From Tubiluchus corallicola (Eukaryota > Animalia > Priapulida), in NCBI GenBank assembly GCA_030141605.1, contig JAQGDQ010000809.1, positions 1 through 64,000 of the forward strand: a stretch of 64,000 nucleotides of DNA, read 5' to 3'. Below the pieces are notes generated by a model that saw nothing but the letters and a program-made list of their open reading frames with translations, was not told the DNA's origin and made no database searches. Below, piece by piece: positions 63,290 to 64,000 of the stretch; within the stretch, counting starts at the first letter, position 1; every line of letters begins with the position of its first letter. Made by a program: the position numbers and the translations under genes.

Positions 63290-64000
63290 CCAAACCAAAA
63301 TGGTTCAATAGCAAAATAAAGTTTAAGCTTAAAAGGAAGAAAGTTACCCGGAGAAATCATGAAACTATGAAATTATGACTTTGAAATGTATGTAAGAGCC
63401 ATGAAAGAGGCAACATTGACAGTGATAACAGCAAAACCGAATTTCGAACAGAACCTCTGCTATGAATCCAAAGGAAATCCCATACTTTCTGGGCGTAAAC
63501 TCCAATATGATTAAAAGGGAGGGAGTGTAACCACTAAAAAGAGCAGATGGAAGTATAGCATTTAAGGAGCAAAAAATGGCTAATGAATTACGGAAATTTT
63601 TTTCTCAGTTGCCACTAATTACAGAACACAAGCTTGGTGTGCTATATGTAACAGAAATGGAACTACGAACTAAAATTAAATGTATGAAGGGAAATACTGC
63701 AATGGGAACAGATGGCATACATGCTACTGTTATTAAGAAGAACGAAGACTGTCTAATTTATCCTATGCTATTTATTATGAATCTAAGTTTAGCAATAGGT
63801 ATTTTACCTACAAGCTGGAACTTGAAGTGTGCACATGTGTCTGCTATCTTTAAAAAAGGGGATCGGGAACTAGCAAAAAATTATTGACTTATAACTATAA
63901 GCCTTACTTCAGTTGTTTGCAAATTGGTTTCAAGGAATGTCAACGGATAAGATTTTTTGACCATCTTATAAAATACAATTTAATCAGCAATAAGCAGTAC
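63290..64000 (+). mobile_element. CR1-group LINE ORF2 fragment (region entering the RT domain), degenerate, truncated by the window edge
   Basis: AMGTDGIHATVIK..LIYPMLFIMNLSLAIGILPTSW..AHVSAIFKKGDRELAKNY*..ISLTSVVCK; upstream KPKWFN motif; stops and frameshifts. Confidence 0.85.

Overview
AT-rich, intron-containing animal genomic DNA (probably an invertebrate; the taxon is inferred only from gene and TE content). Reading splice sites by hand gives five host loci. (1) An intact 5-exon minus-strand gene for a secreted signal peptide-EGF-WSC-WSC protein (3795-6515). (2) The three 3' exons of a METTL27/WBSCR27-like methyltransferase with a broken donor site (11771-13485). (3) An intact 8-exon CHST15-like carbohydrate sulfotransferase (23197-37240). 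(4) A disabled secreted pentraxin-domain gene (39544-43830, minus). (5) A single-exon rhodopsin-family peptide-receptor-like GPCR (49319-50881). The rest is dense in mobile DNA: three hAT-type MITEs with 8-bp TSDs, a BEL/Pao 3' end with PPT and LTR, a solo LTR, a Penelope-like RT fragment, several LINE relics, and a spliced transposase relic resembling the Dada/DUF6729 family that ends in convergent tRNA-like modules. The most notable structures are the minisatellites. A 51-bp array is an in-frame amplification of the BEL/Pao integrase motif, a 27-bp intronic array carries CACGTG and sense AATAAA, and a 35-bp array carries TGTTTAC sites upstream of CCAAT/TATA boxes. The long repetitive ORFs in the ORF track are artefacts of these arrays. 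Family assignments rest on remembered motifs, not database searches.
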